From positions 457,525 through 521,524 of the forward strand of contig CP092821.1 in the NCBI GenBank assembly GCA_022530585.1: a stretch of 64,000 nt of DNA, in the 5' to 3' direction. The translations under genes were made by a program, and so were the position numbers. This DNA is from Candidatus Nealsonbacteria bacterium DGGOD1a. Lineage in GTDB: Bacteria; Patescibacteriota; Minisyncoccia; Minisyncoccales; UBA5738. The notes under the pieces are model-generated. The model made no database searches. It saw only the letters and a list, made by a program, of their open reading frames with translations, and was not told the DNA's origin. Each line of letters starts with the position of its first letter. Within the stretch, counting starts at the first letter, position 1. Positions 18,714 through 29,261 of the stretch are shown here, piece by piece.

Positions 18714-19811
18714 ATGGATAAAGAAACATTTTTCAGCGAATATAAAGGCGTGCTCATTGCCGGTACGGCGGTGATTGTCCTCGGCATTGTTTTATTGGCA
18801 AGTTTTTTGTTTTCCGGCAAATCGGTTTTGGTCAAAGATGTTCCGGGCCAGGAAAAATTCAAAGCCGGCGAGCCGTACACGGTGGCGTGGACGGCCAAGA
18901 ATGTAGGCCGGGTGGGGATCGTGCTTTTTAATGGCACCAAACCCCAGTGGATCGCCCAGAATATCGCGGCATCCTCGGGCAGATATGTTTGGAATTCGTA
19001 CGCCTATCAGGAAGCGGGCACCGATTACCGTATCGCGGTGTTCGAATATCCTTGGCGCAAGGGCAACGCGATCGCCTACAGTACATCTCCGATTGAAATT
19101 TTGGGACAGAAATATGTATCTTGCGATGATTACGCGGTTGAACAAAGTTGGCCGTTTTTGCCCGACAACTATCCGAATATCCGCAAAGTTTTCATTACCG
19201 CCGGCACTTTTTCAGGCAATTTGGGCGGGTTGGAAGGCGCTGATTTGGCGTGCAAAAATGAAGCGGAAAAAGCCGGTTACAGCGGGAATTATGTCGCGTT
19301 TATCGGTACCGATTCGCTGTCCGCCACCGAAAGAATTACCAAGCCGGGCGCGTTCGTGGAAGCCGAACCGATCGGCACGCTCGCGGAAGGCCGAAAGTGC
19401 AACCGTTTTATCGCCGGCACGGTTCAAAAATTACTGGATAAGACCCGGTTGACAAAAAGCTTGGGCCAAGTTGAATTGAGCGATACTTTTTATCGCCGGT
19501 TGGGCGATACATGGTTTGGCCGCCGCACCGCGTCAACCGATACAAAATGTTTGCAAGTGTCAATGATGGGCGTGGTGGGCGCGTTCAGCGGCAGTTACAC
19601 TTGCCAGAATTGGACGACCAACAAGCGTCAGGTGTACACGGGTACGGTGCCGGCCGAAGCCGATTTGCCGCGTTGTTACGATAGCGAAGGGAAAAACTTG
19701 CAGGCCAATTATTACGGCGCCGTGGCCAGCAGTTTCGATGAAAAAGGCGCGTACGCGATTGGCGGCGATACTTGCGACAGCAGCCATCGTTTGATGTGCG
19801 TGGAACAATAG
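18714..19811 (+). CDS. Membrane-anchored protein with Ig-like domain and DUF1554/endostatin-like domain
   Basis: KVFITAGTFSGNLGGLEGADLAC...YVAFI, CQNWT, terminal C..SHRLMCVEQ. Confidence 0.75.
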   Translation: MDKETFFSEYKGVLIAGTAVIVLGIVLLASFLFSGKSVLVKDVPGQEKFKAGEPYTVAWTAKNVGRVGIVLFNGTKPQWIAQNIAASSGRYVWNSYAYQEAGTDYRIAVFEYPWRKGNAIAYSTSPIEILGQKYVSCDDYAVEQSWPFLPDNYPNIRKVFITAGTFSGNLGGLEGADLACKNEAEKAGYSGNYVAFIGTDSLSATERITKPGAFVEAEPIGTLAEGRKCNRFIAGTVQKLLDKTRLTKSLGQVELSDTFYRRLGDTWFGRRTASTDTKCLQVSMMGVVGAFSGSYTCQNWTTNKRQVYTGTVPAEADLPRCYDSEGKNLQANYYGAVASSFDEKGAYAIGGDTCDSSHRLMCVEQ

Positions 19812-20006
19812 ACCCCATTCTGGATGGAATATATATCGTGTATTGCTCGGTCGGAAATTTGAAATCTGGGACAAATCTGCGGGTAATATATGGAAGTTAT
19901 TTTGGAAAGCCGCCTATGTCAATTACTGGAATTCGCAAGAAGAGCTTGGTTATAAATTATATCGGACAACCGAATAGGCTTGGATTGTTCAGCGGGACAT
20001 TGCAGC

Positions 20007-20198
20007 AACCCCTCACCGGGGTATTTGTATCTGGGGTCTAACCCCTGTGTAATCGCAGGGGTTAGACCCCTTTAATAGCATTATGAATTTAAATTCGAAT
20101 GCTGTTGCAGGGGTCGCACCCCTGCTTCGCTAAAGCTTCGCAGGGGAACGACCCCAACAAGGTCAAACCTCAACAAATTTGCTCCCCGGTGAGGGGTT
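20007..20198. mobile_element. Composite MITE-like family D with TIR AACCCCTCACCGGGG; copies at 24208-24344 and 29641-29814, partial at about 1678-1790
   Basis: TIRs and the shared AACCTCAACAAATTTGCTCCCCGGTGAG right end. Confidence 0.75.
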
Positions 20199-20247
20199 AC
20201 ACATTGCAGGGTTGACAATTCGTTGAAAGTTGCTATAAATAATTTAT

Positions 20248-20348
20248 CCGTAGAAAGCGAGCCAACCGAAAGGGGGATAAGTCTTGCCGAGGATGCAAAA
20301 TAATTTATTATTTTTGTATTCTTGCGCCTGCGGAAAGCGGGTGTTTTT
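20248..20348 (+). promoter_or_regulatory. Probable L10 leader RNA (ribosomal protein autoregulation)
   Basis: CCGTAGA...CTTGCCGAGG pattern and a downstream hairpin with T-run, directly 5' of rplJ; TTGACA at 20212. Confidence 0.6.
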
Positions 20349-20389
20349 AATTTTAAAGGTCGCAAACAGCAAGTAAATATTCAAAGAAA

Positions 20390-20905
20390 ATGGCAGTATC
20401 AAAAACAAAAAAACAAGAGATTGTCAAAGAGCTTGGCGACAAGCTGGGGCGGCAAAAAGCGGTCGTGTTCGCGGATTTCACCGGTTTGAAAGTGAAAGAC
20501 CTTGCCGGACTCAAAGCCAAACTTCGCGAAAACGGCGCCGAATTCAAAGTCGCCAAAAAAACTTTAATGAAGGTGGCGTTCAAGGAAAAGGGCATCAATA
20601 TCGACCCCAAGACACTTGCCGGGGAAATCGCTTTGGTGATGGGCTACAACGACGAAACCGCGCCCGCGAAAACGGTTTACGAATTTTCCAGAACCAACCA
20701 GAACATAAAAATTTTGGGCGGATTGCTGGAAAAGAACGCTTTGACATTGGAACAGGTGCTGAATCTGGCAAAACTTCCTTCCAAACAGGAATTGTATGCC
20801 AAACTTGTGGGCACGATGTCCGCTCCCAGCCGGAATTTCGCGGGAGTGTTGCAAGGCAACATTCGCGGCTTGGTAACCGTGTTGTCGAAAATAAAAACAG
20901 CGTAA
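20390..20905 (+). CDS. rplJ: 50S ribosomal protein L10
   Basis: DFTGLKV..L..L, KVAKKTL, LAKLPSKQEL.AKL.G. Confidence 0.97.
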   Translation: MAVSKTKKQEIVKELGDKLGRQKAVVFADFTGLKVKDLAGLKAKLRENGAEFKVAKKTLMKVAFKEKGINIDPKTLAGEIALVMGYNDETAPAKTVYEFSRTNQNIKILGGLLEKNALTLEQVLNLAKLPSKQELYAKLVGTMSAPSRNFAGVLQGNIRGLVTVLSKIKTA

Positions 20906-20996
20906 AGTTAATTCTTAATTTTAAAATTTTGATATTTTTAATTTTGAATTTTTTTGAAAATTGAAAATTGAAAATTGAAAATTTTTTTGCAGGAAT

Positions 20997-21407
20997 ATGG
21001 CAGACGAAACAAAAGTTGAAGTGCCCGCGAAATTCGCGGATTTGGTGAAGAAAATCGAAGAAATGTCGGTTTTGGATTTGGCCGAACTGGTCAAGGTTCT
21101 GGAATCGAAGTTTGGCGTCAGCGCCAGCGCGCCCATGATGATGGCGGCGGCTCCGGCGGCGGGCGGTGCGGCGGCGGAAGAAGAAAAAACTTCGTTCACC
21201 GTTGTTTTGGCCGGTCCCGGCGACAAAAAGATCGAAGTGATCAAAGTGATCAAGGACATCACCCAGAAGGGTTTGAAAGAAGCCAAAGATATGGTTGACG
21301 CCAGCGCGTCCGCTCCTCAAGTGGTGTGCGAGAATGTGAAGAAAGAAGAAGCCGACGAGACCAAAAAGAAACTTGAAGCCGCGGGCGCGAAAGTGGAACT
21401 CAAATAA
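20997..21407 (+). CDS. rplL: 50S ribosomal protein L7/L12
   Basis: [42 protein letters not shown]. Confidence 0.98.
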   Translation: MADETKVEVPAKFADLVKKIEEMSVLDLAELVKVLESKFGVSASAPMMMAAAPAAGGAAAEEEKTSFTVVLAGPGDKKIEVIKVIKDITQKGLKEAKDMVDASASAPQVVCENVKKEEADETKKKLEAAGAKVELK

Positions 21408-21431
21408 GATATTTCATCCGCGTTCACTAAT

Positions 21432-21457
21432 AAAAAAGGGCAGAGATGCCCTTTTTG
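21432..21457. terminator. Bidirectional intrinsic terminator
   Basis: AAAAAAGGGCA-GAGA-TGCCCTTTTT between convergent genes. Confidence 0.75.
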
Positions 21458-21499
21458 ATTATACGCCTTTGATCGCGCCGGAAATTTTTGATTGATTTG

Positions 21500-24130
21500 T
21501 CACCAAAGGCTTTTTTGCAGTTCGGAGATTAAGCGGGTGATCGCTTCAATCAATAATTTTTTTGTTTCTTCGATTTTGGCCAAAATTTCCGCGCGGGATA
21601 ATTTTGGCGACGCGCCGAATCTTTCCTCGCTATCCTCGGGGACGGTATCTGTTTCGGCGGCGACGCTTTCCGAATAAACGCATTTTCCGCCGGAACAAGC
21701 CGTCGCGCAGGTACAAGTGTCTTGCCATTGGGGGATTGAAAAACAGGCGTTGTCCGAACATCCTTGTTTTAATGTTTGGCGCTGGATTTGTTTGCCCGAA
21801 CAGCGATAATTTGATGTCAGTTCGTTATTGCCGCAATTTTGCGCCAGCCCCTCTTGAATGCCGCAAGAATTATACCAATATAAATTTCCATTATCGCATT
21901 TTTGGGTCGTTTGCGGCGCGCAATTCGCAACGCATTCTCCGTCGGAACACGCTTTGCCGGTCTCGCAAGCGCCGCAGTTCACCGTTTTGCCGCAGCCATC
22001 GCTCCATAATCCGCATTTGTAATTGCCCAAACTCGCGCAAGTTTTGGGAAAGCAAACGGTAGAGCAATTATTGTTCAAGCAGGCTTTTCCCGCGGAGCAA
22101 TCGCCGCAGGAAATCGTGCCGCCGCAACCATCGCTTGCCGTGCCGCAACCATAGCCCAAACTCGCGCAAGTCGCCGGAACGCAAATCGTAGAGCATTGTC
22201 CGTTGGAGCAGGTTTGGCCCGAATTGCAACTTCCGCAATTGAGCGTGCCGCCGCAATTATTGCTCCAATAACCGCAATTTTTACCCAAACTCGCGCAAGT
22301 CGCCGGAACGCAAACCGTAGAGCATTGTCCGTTGGAGCAGGTTTGGCCCGAATTGCAACTTCCGCAATTGAGCGTGCCGCCGCAATTATTGTTCCAAGAA
22401 CCGCAATTTTTACCCAAACTCGCGCAAGTCGCCGGAACGCAAACGGCAACGCAATCGCCGTTACTGCAAGTTTTATTTTCTCCGCAAGCGGTTGTCGCGC
22501 TCCATTTCAAACATCCTCCCGAAAGCGCGCAAGTCTGCGTTCCGTTGCCGGAGCATCGCCGGATTCCCGACGACGAACATTCGTTCGCGCAGGAATTTTC
22601 GCTCAAAGAACCATACACCGTTCCCGAAGAAACATCTGTTTTTTCCCGCGACACGGTTGATGAATTGTTAAAATAAATTGACGCGCCGCCGATTGAACTG
22701 TACATATATTGCCCCGCGGTCGGTTCAAAAACGCATCCTTCGCAATGAACCGTGGAATTTTGGGCGATCAATGAATTAAAAGCGGATTTTAGACGCGTTC
22801 CTTCGATGGTCAATGAGCTGGCTTGATTGGCATAAACCGCGACGCCGGCGTTGATCAAGCCTCCTCTTAAAATAACCGGTATCGGTTCTTGCTCGATCCA
22901 GACCGCGTGATTTTTTGAAGCCGTATTCGTTGTTATTGAATCTATTTCCAATATGATTTGGCCGCGGTCGGCCAGCGAATAGGGTGAATTGTGGTTGTTT
23001 TTGATGTAAACCGCTCCGATAAGTCCGAGGTTTGAGATATTGGTATCGATCTTTAGATTTTTTATCGTGATGCCGCCCGCGCCGGGATATTCCTCGTTGC
23101 CGATCTTCAGTATTCCATTATTGATTTCGGCGCCGTCAATCGCCAGATCAAGTTTGTGATCGCCCACATTGACAATTTGCAATGCCACGGTTCCGGAAGC
23201 GATGGTTCCGTCGTTGGCGAATTTCAAACGGCCGGCTTTGATTTTTTCCACATCGTCAAAAACCAATCCCGCTTGGCGATTGTCGTGGCTGTAGATGTTG
23301 TCCAAATAGGCGTATGCTTCCCAGCCGCTGCCGTTGTTTCCCAAATACATTCCCGTGTTCGGAGAATTTTTTAATTCAATATTAAAAAATTTGCCGCCGG
23401 TTCTTTCGCCGCCCGTGAGAATCAGACCCGCGCCGTCATACCAAAAAGGCGATTGCGCATCTTTGTTGCCGTCCAGCGTTATGTTGGCCAAAGTGAACGC
23501 CGAATAGCCAAGCCCCAAACCGTTGCTGGCGAAAATGATCAGCGCCTGATGGCCGGAATAGTATTGGTTGTCGCCCAATTTTAAAACGGTCTGGCCCATG
23601 CCGGCGCCGTAAATATGGATATTTTTCCCTCTCAATGACAGAGCGGTGTAATAATGCGCTTCCGATCCGGAAAGAACATTGTTGATTGGAACATTTTGGT
23701 CGGCGCGCAAACCGTCATAGGTGCCGGTGCCGATGTATAGCGATCCGTTGTCCGGCGTCGCGGCAATCGCGTTGCGGATGACGGCGGTATAGTCGGCACC
23801 CGACGAGATCGTGCTCCCGGCGCTGTTCTTCGCGGTTGCCGTGTTTCCGGATTTGGAGATGGTAACATCATAAACCGACGGCAGGGGAGGCTGGCCGTTG
23901 ACGCACGCGCCATTCACGCATGCCTGGCCGGCGGCGCACCGCGCGCTGTCGTCGGCCCAATGGTTGGCCAAATTTCCGCCGCTTCCCAATGTTTGCCGGC
24001 AAACCCGGCATCCTTGGATCTGTCCGGCCGCGCCGCAATTATAGGAATCGGCGTTTGCCGAATTTGAAAAACCGAAAACCAGCCAGATTCCGGCAACAAT
24101 CGCGCCCAAAAGAAATTTTTTGTTTTTCAT
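21500..24130 (-). CDS. Large secreted protein: pectate-lyase-like beta-helix, four 43-aa Cys-rich repeats, C-terminal coiled coil
   Basis: Signal peptide; LYIGTGTY, IHIYGAGMGQTVLK, NITLDGN; repeats VCVPATCASLGKNCG..CGGTLNCGSC. Confidence 0.8.
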   Translation of the reverse strand: MKNKKFLLGAIVAGIWLVFGFSNSANADSYNCGAAGQIQGCRVCRQTLGSGGNLANHWADDSARCAAGQACVNGACVNGQPPLPSVYDVTISKSGNTATAKNSAGSTISSGADYTAVIRNAIAATPDNGSLYIGTGTYDGLRADQNVPINNVLSGSEAHYYTALSLRGKNIHIYGAGMGQTVLKLGDNQYYSGHQALIIFASNGLGLGYSAFTLANITLDGNKDAQSPFWYDGAGLILTGGERTGGKFFNIELKNSPNTGMYLGNNGSGWEAYAYLDNIYSHDNRQAGLVFDDVEKIKAGRLKFANDGTIASGTVALQIVNVGDHKLDLAIDGAEINNGILKIGNEEYPGAGGITIKNLKIDTNISNLGLIGAVYIKNNHNSPYSLADRGQIILEIDSITTNTASKNHAVWIEQEPIPVILRGGLINAGVAVYANQASSLTIEGTRLKSAFNSLIAQNSTVHCEGCVFEPTAGQYMYSSIGGASIYFNNSSTVSREKTDVSSGTVYGSLSENSCANECSSSGIRRCSGNGTQTCALSGGCLKWSATTACGENKTCSNGDCVAVCVPATCASLGKNCGSWNNNCGGTLNCGSCNSGQTCSNGQCSTVCVPATCASLGKNCGYWSNNCGGTLNCGSCNSGQTCSNGQCSTICVPATCASLGYGCGTASDGCGGTISCGDCSAGKACLNNNCSTVCFPKTCASLGNYKCGLWSDGCGKTVNCGACETGKACSDGECVANCAPQTTQKCDNGNLYWYNSCGIQEGLAQNCGNNELTSNYRCSGKQIQRQTLKQGCSDNACFSIPQWQDTCTCATACSGGKCVYSESVAAETDTVPEDSEERFGASPKLSRAEILAKIEETKKLLIEAITRLISELQKSLW
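22026..22445 (-). repeat. 129-bp coding tandem repeat (about 4 units)
   Basis: CCCAAACTCGCGCAAGT at 22026, 22155, 22284, 22413. Confidence 0.92.
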
Positions 24131-24512
24131 AATCAATTAAATAACCATTGAATAATATAATTTTAATTATAGAACAGATATTGCCTTCCAACAATAAAGA
24201 CATAAGCAACCCCTCACCGGGAAGTAAAAATAGCGAATTTGGAGGTCAATCCTCGGCTTGCGAGAGGTTTGACCTTCAAATTCGCGCCGGCCCTTACCGC
24301 AAATTCGTTAACCTCAACAAATTTGCTCCCCGGTGAGCGATTGCAGACATAAAGAGCTCGGCAACCGCTTATTAAAGTTCGCGAAATATTTTTATGAAGT
24401 GTCTGACTCTTCCGATTATCCCTCGGGAATAATCGGAACAGGGAAGAGATTATTTGATTTTTATCTCGTTTCTTATAGAATGGACATATTACGATTTATG
24501 ATAAACGCAAAT

Positions 24513-26219
24513 ATGGGAAAAATTATTTTGTTTTCTTCGCGCGCCGCCGCGGTTTTATTTTTTGTCTGCTTCGGTTTTCCGAGGGTGGTTTTGGCAAGCG
24601 ATAATCTTGTCGCGAATCCTTCGCTTGAGATTGCCAACGCAACCGGGAACGCGCCGGCGGACTGGGCGCAAGAGATCGCCGGTTCAAACGATGCCGTTTT
24701 TTCATATCCTTCAACGGGGGCGCGGGACGGAGCCAGGTCGGTGATAATCTCAATTTCGCAGAGGACAAGCGGCAGTGCCGATTTGGCGACCGCGCCGATT
24801 TCGGTAACCGCCGGCAAAACATATCTTTTCCAAAATTATTACAAATCTTCCGCGGAGACCGAAACCGATGTTGAATTTCAAACCGCGGACGGGAATTTGA
24901 GCTGGAAATGGCTTGGCAACAATCCGACAAGCGCCGATTGGAAAGCGGCGTCATACACATTTACCGTACCCGTCGGAATAACAAAAATAAGAATATATCA
25001 GGCATTGGCCGCGACGGGTTATCTGCAAACGGACGGCTATTCGCTTTTGGAAGTTGTCGTTGATGGCCCGATTGTCGCCAATAATGTACCCAACGCTTCT
25101 TTGGAGCAAACCGATGCCGGCGGCGCGCCTTTGGCTTGGAACAACGACAATTGGGGGACGAATACGCAGGTTTTCACTTATGATAATTCCGGTTACGAAG
25201 GTAATCACAGCGTCAAAGTCCGGCTCACGGAATGGACAAGCGGGGACGCGCGCTGGTATTTCGACCACCGGGAAATCCAAGGCGGGCAGTATTATTTTTT
25301 GACCGACTATTACAAATCCAATGTTGCGACCGATGTGTATGTCCAGACCATTAACGCCGCCGGACAAGTGAATCACCTTTGGCTTGGTTCTCCGGCCGCG
25401 TCAACATCTTGGGCCAAATTCAGCGCGGCGGTTTTCCTGCCCGAAGATGTGGTTAAATACACGATTCTTCACACGATTTCAAAGGTTGGCTATCTTTCGA
25501 CCGATAATTATTCTTTCAAGCCGCTGGCGAATGCCGCTTTCAACAGAGGTATCGTGAGCATTGTGTTTGACGACGGGTTGGCCAATGTTTACCAAAACGC
25601 CCTGCCGATAATGAATCAATATGGTTTTAAATCAACCCAATACATTGTGAGCGGCGCGATCGGGAGCCAAACCAAATTGGATTTGCCGGCGATGACCAAA
25701 GCCCAAATCTCGACAATGTATAAAGGGGGCCATGAGATTGGTTCTCACACCGTGAACCACCCCGACCTGACATCATTGAATACCGCCAAACTAAATTCCG
25801 AATTGTCGAATTCCAAGAAAACTTTGGATGTTTCTTATTCGCCGGTTAATAATTTTGCCATTCCGTTCGGAAGATACAACGACACCGTGATTGCCGCGGC
25901 TAAAAAGTATTACGGTTCGGCGCGCACTTCCGACGGCGGAGAAAATACGCTCATCGGGTTTGACCAATACCGGCTAAAAACTCAATATGTGGTCAATACG
26001 ACAACGCTCGCCGAGGTTGAAAGCTGGCTTGCCCAAGCGGCTCAAGACAAGGCCTGGCTTATTATTCTGTATCACAATGTTGCCGACGGCGGCAGTTACG
26101 AGTACACCGCGACCAAGCAGGCTTTCAGCGATCAGCTTGCCGCGATTAAAAACAGCGGTTTGCCGGTACTAACCGTCCGGCAGGCTCTAAACGAAATCAA
26201 ACTTCAACTTCCGCTATAG
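24513..26219 (+). CDS. Polysaccharide deacetylase with two N-terminal carbohydrate-binding-like domains
   Basis: VSIVFDDG, GHEIGSHTVNHPDL, FAIPFG, ILYH; duplicated NPSLE/NASLE domains; start uncertain. Confidence 0.88.
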   Translation: MGKIILFSSRAAAVLFFVCFGFPRVVLASDNLVANPSLEIANATGNAPADWAQEIAGSNDAVFSYPSTGARDGARSVIISISQRTSGSADLATAPISVTAGKTYLFQNYYKSSAETETDVEFQTADGNLSWKWLGNNPTSADWKAASYTFTVPVGITKIRIYQALAATGYLQTDGYSLLEVVVDGPIVANNVPNASLEQTDAGGAPLAWNNDNWGTNTQVFTYDNSGYEGNHSVKVRLTEWTSGDARWYFDHREIQGGQYYFLTDYYKSNVATDVYVQTINAAGQVNHLWLGSPAASTSWAKFSAAVFLPEDVVKYTILHTISKVGYLSTDNYSFKPLANAAFNRGIVSIVFDDGLANVYQNALPIMNQYGFKSTQYIVSGAIGSQTKLDLPAMTKAQISTMYKGGHEIGSHTVNHPDLTSLNTAKLNSELSNSKKTLDVSYSPVNNFAIPFGRYNDTVIAAAKKYYGSARTSDGGENTLIGFDQYRLKTQYVVNTTTLAEVESWLAQAAQDKAWLIILYHNVADGGSYEYTATKQAFSDQLAAIKNSGLPVLTVRQALNEIKLQLPL

Positions 26220-26293
26220 GTGCGACCTATGCAAAAACCTATGCAAAAAATACCGTTGAAGCGTTTCGTAATTCAAAGTAAATAATGTTTTCA

Positions 26294-26877
26294 CCCTGTC
26301 GGTCTTGCCGCAGGGAACAACTTAAGGGGGTGGTTTGGTAGGGGGATATCCCCCTACCATCACGCGCGAAAGCGCGTCCGTGTTACAATAAGCCAATATG
26401 GAGCAAGAAAAGCGGGATATCTGGCGTTGGTATCACAATGTTTCCGAATGTTATTACCACATCCAGATTACGGTCAAATATCGCAAAGCATTACTGAACG
26501 AAAAGGTGATTGCCGCAATTGTCGAGAGCCTGAAAGGATTTATGGAACGGTACGCCATTGAGATCAGCCATGTGGGATTCGACCAAGACCACGCCCATAT
26601 TCTGGCAAGATTCCTGCCGAAGTATTCCGGCGGCCAGGTTATCAAAATAATAAAAAGCATTACCGCGCGCGAGGTGTTCCGGCAAGTTCCCGAAATTAAA
26701 AAAGAACTCTGGGGTGGAGAGTTCTGGACAGACGGCTATTATATCGCTACGATCAGCGCACGCGGTAATAGGAAAGTTATTGAGCGATACATTCAAAACC
26801 AAGGCAGACCAAAAGACGTGAGCCAGTTACGATTGTTTGAATTGTAGCTGCGAACGCCCTGCGGTCTTGCCGCAGGG
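26294..26877 (+). mobile_element. IS200-type element
   Basis: Matching end hairpins CCCTG(T)CGGTCTTGCCGCAGGG at 26294-26314 and 26857-26877 around tnpA. Confidence 0.85.
26398..26847 (+). CDS. tnpA: IS200/IS605 family HUH transposase
   Basis: YHIQITVKYRK, DHAHIL (HUH), KSITAR, LWGGEFWTDGYY, YIQNQ. Confidence 0.96.
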   Translation: MEQEKRDIWRWYHNVSECYYHIQITVKYRKALLNEKVIAAIVESLKGFMERYAIEISHVGFDQDHAHILARFLPKYSGGQVIKIIKSITAREVFRQVPEIKKELWGGEFWTDGYYIATISARGNRKVIERYIQNQGRPKDVSQLRLFEL

Positions 26878-26892
26878 TCATTTACAAAAAAT

Positions 26893-27438
26893 ATGCAAAA
26901 ACGGAATATTTTCAAGCTGGTTGCCGGTATTTTGATTTGCCAAGCCGCCGGCGGGATCGGCTCCGTGTTCACCGTTCCGGCGGTTGGGGGCTGGTACGCC
27001 CAACTGGCCAAGCCGTCGTGGACGCCGCCGGGGGAAGTGATCGGCGCGGTGTGGACGGCGCTGTATTTGTTGATGGGGCTTTCGCTGTATCTGGTTTGGG
27101 CCGGAAACTGGCAGATTGAACAATCGCTCGCCGGGCGGGCCGCGCGCGCGTGGAATCAAATATCCCAAAAACTGCTTGACGGCGCGTGGCAAAAGCAGAA
27201 TATTATCGCGATTTTCTCCATGCAACTGATTTTGAATGTGTTGTGGTCGTTCATTTTTTTTGAATTAAAATCGCCGGGACTGGCGTTTTTTGAATTATTG
27301 ATGCTTTGGGTGGCGATCGCCTATACCATTGGCAATTTTTGGCGCGTGTCAAAACTCGCGGCGTATCTGCTAATGCCTTATATTGCGTGGGTGACTTTTG
27401 CCGGTTATCTCAACTTCGCCATTTGGCAAATGAATTAA
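26893..27438 (+). CDS. tspO: TspO/MBR family protein
   Basis: WYAQLAKPSWTPP, VWTALYLLMG, QLILNVLWSFIFF, LLMPYIAWVTFAGYLN. Confidence 0.95.
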   Translation: MQKRNIFKLVAGILICQAAGGIGSVFTVPAVGGWYAQLAKPSWTPPGEVIGAVWTALYLLMGLSLYLVWAGNWQIEQSLAGRAARAWNQISQKLLDGAWQKQNIIAIFSMQLILNVLWSFIFFELKSPGLAFFELLMLWVAIAYTIGNFWRVSKLAAYLLMPYIAWVTFAGYLNFAIWQMN

Positions 27439-27579
27439 ACAACGGAGAGGTATTTTGCAATGCTCAAAGCATTGCAGTAGCAATGCTTTGAGCATTGCAA
27501 GTATCGCGGCATTTCATCCAAAGCGGGTTTACAAAGCGCCGCGATTTTGACATAATGGGGAAGGAATAAATTTAATTCT

Positions 27580-28785
27580 ATGATCGCGAAAAGATTGTCA
27601 TTTTTGCTGTTTTTGTTGGCCGCGTTCTTATCGCCGATGGCGGTTTTGGCCCAAAATCCGGTCAATGTTTATTTTTTTTGGGGTCAAGGATGCCCTCATT
27701 GTGAACGCGAGAAGGCGTTTCTCGCGGAACTTGAAGGCAATTATCCGCAAATTACGGTGCGGGATTTTGAAGTTTGGAAAAGCGACGAAAACCGCCAAAT
27801 TTTGATTGATTTGGGCAAGGCGCTCAATGTCGATGTTTCGGGGGTGCCGTTCACCGTGGTCGGCGACAAGCACTTTATCGGCTGGTACGACAAGGATTCC
27901 ACCGGCAAGGCGATTGAGGCCGCCGTGGCAACGGCGACGGAGCAAGGGTGCGCCGACATTGCCGCCGGCATTATCGACCCCGAGAATGATCCGCAAGAGA
28001 ACGGCAGTTGCGGCGAGCAAGATAAAAAAGAAATTCCTCAAAGCGTCAATGTGCCGTTTTTGGGGCAAATCAATGTGAAAGATTTTTCCCTGCCGGCGAT
28101 TGCCGTAATATTGGGCGCGCTGGACGGATTCAATCCGTGCGCGATGTGGACGCTCTTGTTCTTGATCAGTCTGCTTTTGGGCATGGAAAACCGCAAGCAA
28201 ATGTGGATTTTGGGGTGCGCTTTTATCGTTGCGTCGTCTTTGGTTTATTTCACATTTATGGCCGCGTGGCTCAATCTGCTTTTGTTTATCGGTTTTATTT
28301 TCTGGGTGCGTTTTGCCGTGGGCGCGACAGCGATCGGCGGCGGAATTTATAATTTAAAATCATATTTTTCCAAAAAACCGGCGGTTTGCGCCAATGCCGC
28401 GGATCCCAAGAGAAAAAAAGTTTTTGACAAAATAAAGAACATCACTCGGCAAAATAATTTTTATTTCGCGCTGGGAGGCATCATCCTGCTGGCGTTCGCG
28501 GTGAATCTGGTGGAGTTGATCTGTTCGGCCGGCTTGCCGGTGATTTTCACCCAGATTCTGGCGATGAGCGATTTGGCGGCATGGCAATATTATTCCTATA
28601 TCGCGCTTTATATCTTGGTTTTTATGGCCGATGATTTGTTTGTTTTTTTCGCGGCGATGATAACTCTTAAAATGGCGGGCGCCACTTCCAAATATCAAAA
28701 AGCGTCGCATTTGATCGGCGGGGTTTTGATGCTGGCAATCGGTCTTTTGCTGATTTTTCGTCCCGAATGGCTGATGTTGGGTTGA
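27580..28785 (+). CDS. Thioredoxin/glutaredoxin-domain membrane protein (DsbD/CcdA-like TM domain)
   Basis: FWGQGCPHC, GVPF, DGFNPCAMW, VELICSAG, multiple TMs. Confidence 0.85.
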   Translation: MIAKRLSFLLFLLAAFLSPMAVLAQNPVNVYFFWGQGCPHCEREKAFLAELEGNYPQITVRDFEVWKSDENRQILIDLGKALNVDVSGVPFTVVGDKHFIGWYDKDSTGKAIEAAVATATEQGCADIAAGIIDPENDPQENGSCGEQDKKEIPQSVNVPFLGQINVKDFSLPAIAVILGALDGFNPCAMWTLLFLISLLLGMENRKQMWILGCAFIVASSLVYFTFMAAWLNLLLFIGFIFWVRFAVGATAIGGGIYNLKSYFSKKPAVCANAADPKRKKVFDKIKNITRQNNFYFALGGIILLAFAVNLVELICSAGLPVIFTQILAMSDLAAWQYYSYIALYILVFMADDLFVFFAAMITLKMAGATSKYQKASHLIGGVLMLAIGLLLIFRPEWLMLG

Positions 28786-28973
28786 TTGGCTTGTCCCTGG
28801 GGCGGAAACCGTGGCGCGGCAAAAATTTCTTTCGGGTTTTAAAATTCAACTCAGGCTTTGGCGGGCGGAGAGGGTTGACTTTGGCGGCAGGGGTGATAAA
28901 TTCTTAGCAGTTCTCTATTCGGACGAAGGAAAAATGGTCGAGAAATCCCAGGATGTTGGGATAGGAGGATGCT

Positions 28974-29222
28974 ATGGATGAAATAAAAGGCTCCGTAATT
29001 GTCGGTTTTATACGAACCGACAAAGGAATCTTTCAGGCCTGCGATTCGGCTGAAACCGCGCAGAGGATGATCAAGAGTTTCAACGATGGTCATTCCCGGC
29101 GATTGGCATGGCGGCTTAAGAGATACCCTTTTGTTTATGTCGCAGACAGTGTTGAGGACTTATACGCGGCAAAGGCGCGTTATGAGCCGCCAAAGCGGGA
29201 GATGGAGGTTGAGCTTGAATAA
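28974..29222 (+). CDS. Hypothetical protein
   Basis: AGGAGG RBS upstream; terminator-like hairpin at the end. Confidence 0.6.
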   Translation: MDEIKGSVIVGFIRTDKGIFQACDSAETAQRMIKSFNDGHSRRLAWRLKRYPFVYVADSVEDLYAAKARYEPPKREMEVELE

Positions 29223-29261
29223 AGCTCTTTTTTTCGGCTTGGCGGTTTTGTATAAAAAAAG

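Noticed and set aside
19812..20000. Gene fragment after the DUF1554 gene
   Set aside because: Short open frames with no start context or recognisable motif
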